Shown here piece after piece: positions 16,829-24,877 of a stretch of DNA of 32,000 nucleotides. The stretch's first letter is position 1; every line of letters starts with the position of its first letter. The notes below the pieces were generated by a model. That model made no database searches and was not told the DNA's origin. It saw nothing but the letters and a program-made list of their open reading frames with translations. Source of the stretch: Candidatus Saccharimonadota bacterium (GTDB lineage: Bacteria; Patescibacteriota; Saccharimonadia; Saccharimonadales; UBA4665); contig CP025011.1 of the NCBI GenBank assembly GCA_002952755.1, positions 300,001 through 332,000 on the forward strand, given 5' to 3'. A program made the position numbers and the translations under genes.

Positions 16829-18124
16829 ATGCAGGAGCTTATCGTTGACCTCCATGTGCACTCGCACTACAGCCGGGCTACGAGTAAACATTGTGATTTC
16901 GAGGGGTTATATCGTTGGGGCAAGTTGAAGGGCATCAGCATTATTGGCACCGGCGATTTTACGCATCCGGAATGGTTTAATGAAATGCGCGACCGTTTGG
17001 AACCAGCCGAGGGCGGTCTGTTCAGATTGAAAGACGAGTTTAGTGAGCCGATAGACAAGAGCTTGCCGCCGCAGTTCCGCCAGGCCCTCATCCGTTTTAT
17101 ACCGACAGTTGAGATTGCCACTATCTACAAAAAAGGTGATCGCGTGCGTAAGCTACACCAGCTGATTGTGCTGCCGGACTTCGCCTCGGTAAGTGCGCTG
17201 AATGCTAAGCTGGAGCGCATTGGTAACATAAAGGCTGACGGTCGTCCGATCTTAGGGCTGGACTCCAAGGAGTTGCTGCGACACATGCTGGAGATTGAAC
17301 CTCGTGGGTTATATATGCCGGCGCACATCTGGACCCCTTGGTTCGGTCTGTTTGGCAGCAAATCGGGCTTCGACGCTATTGCCGAAGCATATGATGAGCT
17401 GGCGCCTGAGATTTACGCTATCGAGACTGGCCTGTCTAGCGATCCCGGCATGAACTGGCGTGTCAAAGGCCTGGACGACGTCACTATTACCAGCCATTCC
17501 GATGCGCATTCACCCCAAAAATTGGGGCGCGAAGCCACTGTAGTACAAAGCGATCTGAGTTATGATCAGATTATCGGAGCGATTAAGACCAACGACTCGC
17601 GGCTGGTAGGCACTATCGAATTTTTCCCGGAAGAGGGCAAGTACAGTGCCGACGGGCACCGCGCCTGCAATATCCGGTTCACACCGGAACAAACCAAAGC
17701 ACACAACGGCATATGTCCGGTATGTGGTAAACCGTTGGTGGTTGGCGTAGAGAATCGTGTATCTGGCTTAGCCGAACGGCCGCACGACTTTATGCCAGAG
17801 CATCCGAAGCGCGTGGAGTATATTATTCCGTTGCCTGAGATTATTGCCGAACTAGAACACACAAAAAGTACAACAGGCAAAGCAGTGAATGCACTATACC
17901 ACCGAGTGCTTGAAGCTCTGGGTGATGAATTTAGCGTGCTCAGAAGTGTCCCCATTGAGGCTATTCGTGGGGCAGGCTTTGCTTCGCTTGCAATCGCTAT
18001 CGAGCGTTTACGGGCCGGAGCAGTCATTCGCGAGCCAGGGTACGACGGTGTGTACGGCACTATAAGGGTTTTTAAAGACAACGAGGAGCGACAAAAGACA
18101 CTTAACCAGCTAAGCTTATTGTAA
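16829..18124 (+). CDS. Endonuclease Q-like PHP-domain protein (TIGR00375 family)
   Basis: Collinear with the EndoQ pattern: DLHVHSHYSRATSK, GTGDFTHPEW, ADGRP, PAHIWTPW, TGLSSDPGM, SHSDAHSP.KLGRE, GKYSADGHRAC, zinc ribbon CPVCGKPLVVGVENRV, and C-terminal GYDGVYGTIRVF. I chose Met 16829 (MQELIVDLH); the track start 16769 adds 20 aa. Confidence 0.8.
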   Translation: MQELIVDLHVHSHYSRATSKHCDFEGLYRWGKLKGISIIGTGDFTHPEWFNEMRDRLEPAEGGLFRLKDEFSEPIDKSLPPQFRQALIRFIPTVEIATIYKKGDRVRKLHQLIVLPDFASVSALNAKLERIGNIKADGRPILGLDSKELLRHMLEIEPRGLYMPAHIWTPWFGLFGSKSGFDAIAEAYDELAPEIYAIETGLSSDPGMNWRVKGLDDVTITSHSDAHSPQKLGREATVVQSDLSYDQIIGAIKTNDSRLVGTIEFFPEEGKYSADGHRACNIRFTPEQTKAHNGICPVCGKPLVVGVENRVSGLAERPHDFMPEHPKRVEYIIPLPEIIAELEHTKSTTGKAVNALYHRVLEALGDEFSVLRSVPIEAIRGAGFASLAIAIERLRAGAVIREPGYDGVYGTIRVFKDNEERQKTLNQLSLL

Positions 18125-19839
18125 TGAGCTTAAGAGAGTTAAACGAATCGCAAAAGCGCGCCGTGATGGCCGGTGATGGCCCGGTGGTCATTATTGCCGG
18201 ACCGGGAACCGGCAAAACAAAAACGCTTACCGCCCGCATTGCGCACCTCATCACGAGTGGCCGGGCTCGCCCAGCTCAGATTCTGGCCCTAACTTTTACG
18301 AAAAAAGCGGCCGAAGAAATGAAGGCACGTCTGCTTGCTGGTCTCGAGGGTCAGTCAGCCGCTCACATCTCCACCTTCCACGCCCTCTGTCATGAATTGC
18401 TCGGTAACGACGTTACCTATGCAAGCGATCCGGTGCGGTTACAAATTATCAAGAAGTTAACTCGACCGGTCCGGCTCAAAGGTCTGTCGGCACGTGAGCT
18501 AGGGTTGCTTATATCTCGCGCCAAAAATATGGCTGAAGACGATCCGGAAATAGCACAGCTTGTGACCGCCTACGACGAAGACCTGCACCAACAAGGCTTG
18601 ATCGATTTTGACGATTTATTGGTGCGAACTCGGCAACTGCTACTGCAGGATGCTCAAAAACGGACTGAATTACAAGCTCGGTATACGCATATATTGGTGG
18701 ACGAGTTTCAGGATACTAATACACTGCAATATGAGCTGCTTCAATTGCTCCGTGGTAATGATAATCTGTTTGTGATTGGCGACCCAGAGCAGTCAATCTA
18801 CGGCTTCCGTGGTGCCAGCGGTGATATCTTTGATAAGTTTAAGGCCGACTTCCCGCAGCACAGAGACATTACGCTGACTATAAATTACCGCTCAGTACCA
18901 GAGGTAGTGCAGGCATCGAATGCTATTTTCACGAGCCGTACGCCACTGGAAGCGTATTCCCAAACGCACGGGTCAGTACAGGCGATTCAAGTGCTGAATG
19001 AATACGCTGAAGCTGCATGGGTATGCACCGAAATCCAGCGTGCTATTGGCGGCGGCGATATGCTGCGAGCGATCAGTGACGACGATCCCTCGGCTCATGT
19101 AACGCTTAAAGATTTTGCCATATTGTATCGTAACCGCGCAGTGGCCCTGGCTACACAGCGGGCGATCCGCGAATCGGGTTTACCATACCAGATTGTGGGC
19201 GAGGGCTCACCGTACGAGCAGCCTAAAGTGCAGGCGCTGATCGCGCTACTGCGCTCAACAGTCACTGGCGAGCTGCCCGAGCTGGAAGGTTTTTCGTCTT
19301 CCGAAATTAATCTGGTGCACGACAAGCTGGCCGATGCTAGCGGCGCCGCTCCCAGCGCTCTGACCGAGTTGCTGATGCAGGTACTCGGCTTCGAAGGTGA
19401 TCCTGCGCTCAAACAGTTCGTTGGTAGCTTGGTCCGTTTTCCAGACGTCGTGTCGGCAGTTGCATACCTCGACCGACTTAGTGACCAGGATTTTTACGAC
19501 GCAAATGCCGACGCTATTACACTTTCGACCATCCACGCCAGTAAGGGTCTGGAGTTCGCCCATGTCTTTTTGATTGGCGCCGAGCAAGGGGTGCTGCCGC
19601 ACAGCAAAGCTGACAGAGATGAGGAGAAGCGTCTCTTCTACGTTGCCGCTACCCGGCCCAAGACCCATCTAGATATATTGTATACCACGCATCGTGGTGG
19701 TCAGCCCAGCGAGCTGTCGGCGTTCGTACGCGAACTGCCAGACGAGGTATTGCCGAAAGTAGTTGATCCACATTTGGCGGATGATCAACGGAGGCTTAAA
19801 AAGCGGCAGCTAAAGAAGAGCCAACAAAGCTTGTTTTAA
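18124..19839 (+). CDS. UvrD/PcrA-type superfamily 1A DNA helicase (compact, 571 aa)
   Basis: LNESQKRAV, Walker A AGPGTGKT, DEFQDTN, GDPEQSIYGFRGA, NYRS, TIHASKGLEF, YVAATRPK. The ATG overlaps the EndoQ-like stop (TAATG). Confidence 0.88.
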   Translation: MSLRELNESQKRAVMAGDGPVVIIAGPGTGKTKTLTARIAHLITSGRARPAQILALTFTKKAAEEMKARLLAGLEGQSAAHISTFHALCHELLGNDVTYASDPVRLQIIKKLTRPVRLKGLSARELGLLISRAKNMAEDDPEIAQLVTAYDEDLHQQGLIDFDDLLVRTRQLLLQDAQKRTELQARYTHILVDEFQDTNTLQYELLQLLRGNDNLFVIGDPEQSIYGFRGASGDIFDKFKADFPQHRDITLTINYRSVPEVVQASNAIFTSRTPLEAYSQTHGSVQAIQVLNEYAEAAWVCTEIQRAIGGGDMLRAISDDDPSAHVTLKDFAILYRNRAVALATQRAIRESGLPYQIVGEGSPYEQPKVQALIALLRSTVTGELPELEGFSSSEINLVHDKLADASGAAPSALTELLMQVLGFEGDPALKQFVGSLVRFPDVVSAVAYLDRLSDQDFYDANADAITLSTIHASKGLEFAHVFLIGAEQGVLPHSKADRDEEKRLFYVAATRPKTHLDILYTTHRGGQPSELSAFVRELPDEVLPKVVDPHLADDQRRLKKRQLKKSQQSLF

Positions 19840-20050
19840 GTTTACTACTGCAGTTCGGCTATATCCGATCAGAAGAGGTCTATTCTTAATCAGTTTTTCA
19901 TTACGGCAGAACTAGTCGGAGAGAGAAGTGCTCTAGAGGAAGATATCCAGTATATACGTATAGGAGGGAGGAGAAAGGCTTGGAGCGCGTGAACTGTTTT
20001 GTAAAGAGGAAGAGTTGGGGATACAATAGGGGTAGATTGAAGGAGGATTT

Positions 20051-20812
20051 ATGACTGCAGGCGGAATAATAGTACTTGTTATTCTTTTTATTATTATCGC
20101 CAATGGGGTGAGGATTATTAACCAGTATGAGCGCGGCGTGGTGCTGCGGCTTGGAAAAGTACGCGGGCAGGTGAAGCAGCCAGGCTTGCGTTTAATTATC
20201 CCGATTATCGACCAGATGCGTAAAGTGCCAATGCGTACGGTAACATTGCCTGTCGACTCGCAAAAGATCATCAGTAAAGACAACGTCTCCATCGATGTTG
20301 CGGCCGTCGCCTATTATCAGATTGTGGACCCGATCAAATCGGTGGTGGAGATCGAGAACGTGGTCGCCGCCATTTATCAGATTGCCCAAACCACCGTGCG
20401 TAACGTCGTGGGACAGAGCACGCTCGACGAAGTGCTCAGCCAGACCGATAAAATCAACGACGCCATTAAGGGTATCCTGGATGGTGCCACCGAAAAATGG
20501 GGTGTGTACGTCAACACTGTGGCAGTGAAGGATATTCAATTGCCCGATACCATGCAGCGCGCCATGGCCAAGCAAGCTGAAGCGGAGCGCGAAAAACGCG
20601 CCAAGATTATCGCCGCCGAAGGTGAACAGCTCAGCGCCACTAAGCTGGGCGAAGCCGCCGATATCATTTCGGCGCATCCTATTGCGTTGCAGTTGCGTAA
20701 TCTACAAACGCTTACCGAAATCGCCAGCGATAAGAATAGCACTATCGTTTTCCCAGCCCAGTTTATGGACACTATGTCGTCCATCAAAAGTTTTATGAGT
20801 AAAGAACAGTAG
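20051..20812 (+). CDS. SPFH/band-7 (stomatin-like) membrane protein
   Basis: N-terminal TM helix, then I.QYERGVV.RLGK......PGL..IIP.ID and the Ala/Glu-rich coiled coil [34 protein letters not shown]. Confidence 0.88.
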   Translation: MTAGGIIVLVILFIIIANGVRIINQYERGVVLRLGKVRGQVKQPGLRLIIPIIDQMRKVPMRTVTLPVDSQKIISKDNVSIDVAAVAYYQIVDPIKSVVEIENVVAAIYQIAQTTVRNVVGQSTLDEVLSQTDKINDAIKGILDGATEKWGVYVNTVAVKDIQLPDTMQRAMAKQAEAEREKRAKIIAAEGEQLSATKLGEAADIISAHPIALQLRNLQTLTEIASDKNSTIVFPAQFMDTMSSIKSFMSKEQ

Positions 20813-20815
20813 CGC

Positions 20816-21277
20816 GTGCTCCCACAACACGTCGATCCACCCAGCCCATTTTATCGGGTAGCCGCTAAGGCTCTCGTATTTAACGATGTCGGCAAGCTGC
20901 TGATGGTACAAAATGCCAAGCAAAATTGGGGTCTCCCCGGCGGTGGCTGGGAGCACAATGAAGATTTTGCCGACTGCCTCAGGCGCGAATTTTTGGAAGA
21001 GGTAGGCGTGGAGGTAGCATCTATTGGTCCGATTCTGTTTACCTATAGAGCAATGAGCAGCCGGGGTTACGCCGAACTCCGCCTCGTTGCTCACTGCACG
21101 CTCAGAAGTGATCGCTTTGTGCCAGACGACGACACAATCGCCGCAAAGTTTGTCAGTAAGTCCGATTTTCTGCAGCTGCGGCTCGCCCTGAATGACCAGC
21201 CTTTCGACCAGACCGTCAATGATCTGGCTAATAGAATCTGGTCGATATACACCAAAGGATCTGGACATGGCCTTTAA
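20816..21277 (+). CDS. NUDIX hydrolase (paralogue 1)
   Basis: Nudix box LPGGGWEHNEDFADCLRREFLEEVGVEV. GTG start 3 nt after the SPFH stop. Confidence 0.8.
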   Translation: MLPQHVDPPSPFYRVAAKALVFNDVGKLLMVQNAKQNWGLPGGGWEHNEDFADCLRREFLEEVGVEVASIGPILFTYRAMSSRGYAELRLVAHCTLRSDRFVPDDDTIAAKFVSKSDFLQLRLALNDQPFDQTVNDLANRIWSIYTKGSGHGL

Positions 21278-21713
21278 CCCGCGCAATTTGCCGTCGCCTT
21301 TTTACCGTGTTTCTGTACGGGCTCTTGCGTTTGATAACCAAGAACGCATTTTGGTAGTCGAAAACGAAGATCACGAATACGAGTTGCCAGGCGGCGGCTG
21401 GGAGCACGATGAAGACTTCGAGACCGCCATGCGCCGAGAGCTCAGAGAAGAGGTCGGCAGAGAAGTAACAGATGTAGGCGCTATAGCATTTACCTACCGG
21501 GGCTTTGGCGAGCGCGAATATTGGATGCTTCGCTTAGTTGCTCCGGTGAGTTTGGCCGACGGTGGGTTAACCCCAGGCGATGGCATGATTGCGGCACGCT
21601 ACATAACCCGTGACGAATTTTTAGCACTCCCGTGGTGTGATGAAGACGCTCCGGTTGTAGGCTATGCCGGCAAAATCTGGTCGCTAGTTGAAAAGGAACC
21701 CATAAAACGGTAA
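21267..21713 (+). CDS. NUDIX hydrolase (paralogue 2)
   Basis: Nudix box LPGGGWEHDEDFETAMRRELREEVGREV. The N-terminus (MAFNPRNLPSPFYRV) aligns with paralogue 1 (..DPPSPFYRV). ATG 21267 overlaps the paralogue 1 end by 11 nt; the track start 21192 is too early. Confidence 0.8.
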   Translation: MAFNPRNLPSPFYRVSVRALAFDNQERILVVENEDHEYELPGGGWEHDEDFETAMRRELREEVGREVTDVGAIAFTYRGFGEREYWMLRLVAPVSLADGGLTPGDGMIAARYITRDEFLALPWCDEDAPVVGYAGKIWSLVEKEPIKR

Positions 21714-21752
21714 AATACCGAAGTTACACCTCTTTCATCCAACGCAATACGT

Positions 21753-21828
21753 GGCTCTTTAGCTCAGTTGGTAGAGCAGAGGCCTGAAGAGCCTTGTGTC
21801 CCCAGTTCGAGTCTGGGAGGAGCCACCA
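21753..21828 (+). tRNA. tRNA-Phe (anticodon GAA), CCA encoded
   Basis: Acceptor GGCTCTT/AGGAGCC, D arm GCTC-AGTTGGTA-GAGC, anticodon arm GAGGC-CTGAAGA-GCCTT, T arm CCCAG-TTCGAGT-CTGGG, then A-CCA. Confidence 0.93.
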
Positions 21829-21851
21829 ACATTATCCAACCGATACGAAAT

Positions 21852-21886
21852 AGTTCCAGGATGCATGTCCTGGAACTATTTTCTTT
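21852..21886 (+). terminator. Rho-independent terminator after tRNA-Phe
   Basis: 10-bp stem AGTTCCAGGA/TCCTGGAACT, loop TGCATG, then ATTTTCTTT. Confidence 0.7.
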
Positions 21887-21947
21887 GTATCACCCCTGTT
21901 GTCTTAGTTGGATTCTGGCATAGTATGATGATCTTCATGAGTGGCCT

Positions 21948-22427
21948 ATGATACAATTGGTCGCCATGAGGCATCTATATCTATTTACTCTAGAGATTGA
22001 TCCACTCGAAGTTGGAAAAGTGTATGATGATCTACCTTCTCATTTGACCTTAATGAGTCGTTTTCAGTCTGAGATGCCACATGACGAGGTGGCTTCAGCG
22101 GTCAAGCCCATATTTGAGCAAGCTAGTCCGATCGTCTTAACCTTTGGCGATACAAACGAGCTTGGCCCAAAGAAGGTCATAGCTCACCTGATAAGTAGCC
22201 CGGCAGAAGTAACTCTGCATAACAAGTTGTACCAGTGTCTCGAGTCCTTAGGGGTTGAATTTCAGTATCCTCAGTTTATTGGACCGGGTCATAAAGCACA
22301 TGTCTCAGAAAGAGAAGGCGCTAATTTTAAGAAAGGACAGGTGGTAGTATCCTCAGCGGTATACCTTATCGAAGTCATTGATGCTAAAAGATTAGTCAGA
22401 GCGAAGATTGACTTTTATATACAATAG
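21948..22427 (+). CDS. 2H phosphoesterase superfamily-like protein (LigT / 2'-5' RNA ligase-like)
   Basis: Two H-x-T/S-x motifs at appropriate spacing (SHLTLMS and GHKAHVSE) in a protein of about 155 aa. Met 21966 is an alternative start. The assignment rests on these motifs only. Confidence 0.4.
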   Translation: MIQLVAMRHLYLFTLEIDPLEVGKVYDDLPSHLTLMSRFQSEMPHDEVASAVKPIFEQASPIVLTFGDTNELGPKKVIAHLISSPAEVTLHNKLYQCLESLGVEFQYPQFIGPGHKAHVSEREGANFKKGQVVVSSAVYLIEVIDAKRLVRAKIDFYIQ

Positions 22428-22462
22428 CAATACAATTGTTGTATATAAAAAGGATAAAGTAT

Positions 22463-22741
22463 ATGTCCACACAAACCATAAATATATCTCTCCCTAAAGA
22501 ACTAGTACAAAAAGTAGATAGTGTCGCTAAGGCTGAATTTGCAAGTCGCAGTGACTACATTCGCCAGGCACTTGTCAGTAAGCTTCGCGCAGATAAGGTG
22601 CAGGCTGACGGTTGGAACTTACTCGAGGCATTGTCTGAAGAAATTGCTCAAAACGCAGAGAAAGAAAACTACAAAACAGATGATGATTTTGTACGTGCGA
22701 CAAAAGAGGTGCGTGCTGAAGCGTTAACTAAGCCCAAGTAG
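22463..22741 (+). CDS. Ribbon-helix-helix (CopG/MetJ/Arc-type) antitoxin
   Basis: N-terminal beta-strand plus helices INISLPKELVQKVDSVAKAEFASRSDYIRQALV. Located 3 nt upstream of a PIN gene. ATG 22463 follows AAAAGGATAAAG. Confidence 0.7.
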   Translation: MSTQTINISLPKELVQKVDSVAKAEFASRSDYIRQALVSKLRADKVQADGWNLLEALSEEIAQNAEKENYKTDDDFVRATKEVRAEALTKPK

Positions 22742-22744
22742 CCT

Positions 22745-23140
22745 ATGCGCATCTTATATGACACCAATGTGCTGGTTGCTATGCTGTCAAGGCGCGAGTC
22801 TATACTGGCATTTAAAAAGCAACTAGAGGATGGGGTCGTGCACATTTCATCGCCATTCATTTTGGCTGAAGTTGAAGCAGTACTTGTTAAGAAACTAAAG
22901 ATTACTAACCAAAAAGCTAAAGCGACTGTTCGATTACTAGAACACCAGTCGGTAATGGTGCACCCGATAAAAGTAGAAAAGATCTGCAGAGATCCTTTTG
23001 ACGACTATGTGTTAGCTGCTGCCGTGAGGGGAAACGTTGACTATCTCGTAACTGCAGACAAAGACTTGCTTGTGTTAGAAAAACACAGAAAAATAGTAAT
23101 TATCAGTTCCAAAGATTTTACTGCTATCAACCGCCCATAA
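22745..23140 (+). CDS. PIN-domain toxin (VapC-like)
   Basis: ILYDTNVLV (first acidic residue), E at LAEVE, DDYVLAAAV, and VDYLVTADKDL, which is the PIN acidic quartet layout. Confidence 0.75.
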   Translation: MRILYDTNVLVAMLSRRESILAFKKQLEDGVVHISSPFILAEVEAVLVKKLKITNQKAKATVRLLEHQSVMVHPIKVEKICRDPFDDYVLAAAVRGNVDYLVTADKDLLVLEKHRKIVIISSKDFTAINRP

Positions 23141-23746
23141 TCTTTTTCAATGTCTAATTCTTCTAATTGGTTGCATGGAATCTGTAGATCAAAGAGATAC
23201 AGTTTCAGTTTTTAATTCTTCCTATGCTCCGGATGGGGCAAAAAAAGACGCCGATAAACTGCGCTTTTTTGCAATAGTAAAGTAAACCCTTCTTTGTGAT
23301 AGCTTAGGTCTACAGCATGCCTAATGAAGAAGGCGAATTGCATGCTTGAGGATGCATACAATGAGCTGGATCTTAATACAACTTCTGTGCGGTAAGCGGC
23401 AACTGGATCACTTGATTGACCAAGATGAGACCTCCTCCTTGAGGCGCATCTCGCACTTCCCATTTGATTGTAAATGAGAAGTGGCCTGTTTGCCGTTAGG
23501 TAAATAGGTTGAAAAGGGTCGCATAGTGAAACGCGCTCTAAGCGCAACCGCCTAAGGTTGTGCATGGCTATTCTTTGTTTATTTTTGCTGAAACGCGGCG
23601 GGTAAACATACGTTCTAACAGGTGTCAATGGGAGATTTCTTGTCTGCGCAGGTGGATTATTACGCTGTTAAACGGTTCCCTATTTTACAGCGGAGCGCCG
23701 CACTTCTTTCTACACTATAAAGGCTAGCGTAAGAAAGGAGGTTATC

Positions 23747-23944
23747 ATGACAGACACCAACAACCCAGGGCAGTTCGGTAATCGCGATGATACCGATGAG
23801 CAGGCTGAGCGAGGCGGGGAGGCAAGTAGCTCCAAACAAGATATGTCCGAACTTGGACGGCGGGGAGGTGAAGCGCAGTCCACTGAAGCCGAGCGAGGCG
23901 ACAACCAAAGCGGTGATGAGAACACTGAAGAGGAGGCTGAGTAG
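23747..23944 (+). CDS. KGG-repeat stress-induced hydrophilin (YciG/GsiB-like)
   Basis: Repeated (E/R)RGGEA units in a highly hydrophilic 65-aa product. Excellent SD AAGAAAGGAGG. Confidence 0.65.
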   Translation: MTDTNNPGQFGNRDDTDEQAERGGEASSSKQDMSELGRRGGEAQSTEAERGDNQSGDENTEEEAE

Positions 23945-24023
23945 CGCTTTCAGTATGGCACTCGCCGATCGCTCATAAGAGCCGAATTGAAAGCACCGCA
24001 TGTAAGCACAAAGGAGAATTATC

Positions 24024-24227
24024 ATGGCAGAAAATAACAACGACAGCAACACTAGCAACCGTGGCTTTGCCGGTATGTCAAAGAGCAAGCAGCGTGAGAT
24101 CGCCAGGAAGGGTGGTAAAGCTAGTCATAGTGGCCAGAGCAGCTCTAGCCGAAGTAGCGGCAGCGGTTCTAACCTCTCCGAGGAAGCCCGTCGCCGCGGT
24201 GGCGAGAACAGCCACAAGAATTCGTAG
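24024..24227 (+). CDS. KGG-repeat stress-induced protein (YciG-like)
   Basis: GFAGMSKSKQREIARKGGKASH and EEARRRGGENSH match the KGG stress-repeat motif. SD AAAGGAGAA. Confidence 0.75.
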   Translation: MAENNNDSNTSNRGFAGMSKSKQREIARKGGKASHSGQSSSSRSSGSGSNLSEEARRRGGENSHKNS

Positions 24228-24318
24228 GCGAGAACTTACGAGTGGAGCCCCTAAGGGGGCTTCACTCCCCAGAGCGAAGCGCCTGTAGATGTAAAAGATA
24301 AATCGAAGGAGAAGCAAA

Positions 24319-24576
24319 ATGGCAAAAACCGACGAAAATTCTCAGGCACAAATGGAAGAGTTAACCGTTACCTTGCCAGCCTACGCCTTAGATCTCATTG
24401 GCTCACCGTACGGTAGCCCTGTAAGCGCTTTGCATGGTCCTGCCGAAAATAGCCCCCCGGTTTTCTCTGCTACGGCCGCTCGAGACGAATCATTCCCGTG
24501 CTTTCGGATGTCTGCGTGGGGTGAACGCGTAGTTATTAAGATTGTCCAGCATCACGACGCGCTCAGCGCAGTGTAA
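24319..24576 (+). CDS. Hypothetical protein
   Basis: 85-aa ORF with a GAAGGAGAAG SD, co-oriented within the stress cluster. No family recognised. Confidence 0.4.
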   Translation: MAKTDENSQAQMEELTVTLPAYALDLIGSPYGSPVSALHGPAENSPPVFSATAARDESFPCFRMSAWGERVVIKIVQHHDALSAV

Positions 24577-24592
24577 TCAAAAGGAGATTACC

Positions 24593-24862
24593 ATGAACAT
24601 CATACTTTTCTTAATTATTGGTGGTCTTGTGGGATGGATAGCAGGCCAAGTTGCCGGACGGGATGAAGGTGTCATTGCGAGCATTATCATCGGCATTGTT
24701 GGCTCGTTTATCGGCAGTTACGTTTCCAGGCTTTTTACGGGTGCCGACCAAGCTTACTTGACCTTTTCGTGGGTCGCGCTATTCTGGTCATTTATGGGAG
24801 CCTTGATCTTAGTCCTGATCTTGAACGCTATCCAGGGACGCTCGGCCCATAACCGCATATAG
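24593..24862 (+). CDS. GlsB/YeaQ/YmgE family (transglycosylase-associated) stress membrane protein
   Basis: MNIILFLIIGGLVGWIAGQV...IIIGIVGSFIGSYV is the family signature. ATG 24593 follows AAAGGAGA; the track start 24542 is too early. Confidence 0.8.
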   Translation: MNIILFLIIGGLVGWIAGQVAGRDEGVIASIIIGIVGSFIGSYVSRLFTGADQAYLTFSWVALFWSFMGALILVLILNAIQGRSAHNRI

Positions 24863-24877
24863 GCGGAGAACGCCCCC

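Noticed and set aside
17566-18081. 171-aa minus-strand ORF antisense to the EndoQ-like gene (and 16867..17704 smaller ones)
   Set aside because: The plus-strand frame matches the EndoQ family along its whole length. The antisense ORFs are shadows.
19933-20292. 119-aa minus-strand ORF upstream of and overlapping the SPFH gene
   Set aside because: It is the complement of the purine-rich leader and the SPFH 5' end. The Ser/Pro/Ile-rich product has no start signals.
20192-21286. Minus-strand ORFs of 161 and 194 aa antisense to the SPFH and NUDIX genes
   Set aside because: The plus-strand frames carry unmistakable SPFH and Nudix-box motifs. The antisense ORFs have none.
23212-23628. 138-aa minus-strand ORF in the 600-nt gap
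   Set aside because: Its TTG start is part of a TTGACA hexamer. It has no SD, and its extremely basic Arg/Ser-rich composition is unlike the other proteins here. I treated it as non-coding, but a blastp check is worthwhile.
23141-23746. RNase P RNA, SRP RNA or 6S RNA in the unassigned gap
   Set aside because: Fragments such as GGTAAAC and GTGAAAC recall RNase P. However, the obligatory GAGGAAAGTCC and ACAGAA..GGCTTA (P4) elements and the SRP AGGTCCGGAAGGAAGC-type motif are absent on both strands.
23660-24088. 142-aa hydrophobic minus-strand ORF, plus frames 23710..23925 and 23787..23978
   Set aside because: It is antisense to the two KGG hydrophilin genes, which have excellent SDs. The complement of Glu/Lys/Gly-rich coding sequence yields a spurious Leu/Phe/Ser-rich membrane-like ORF.
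7745-24592. Other track starts that look too early (7745, 16769, 21192, 22436, 24542)
   Set aside because: In each case an internal Met with a good SD, and/or the point where family homology begins, fits better: 7781, 16829, 21267, 22463 and 24593.
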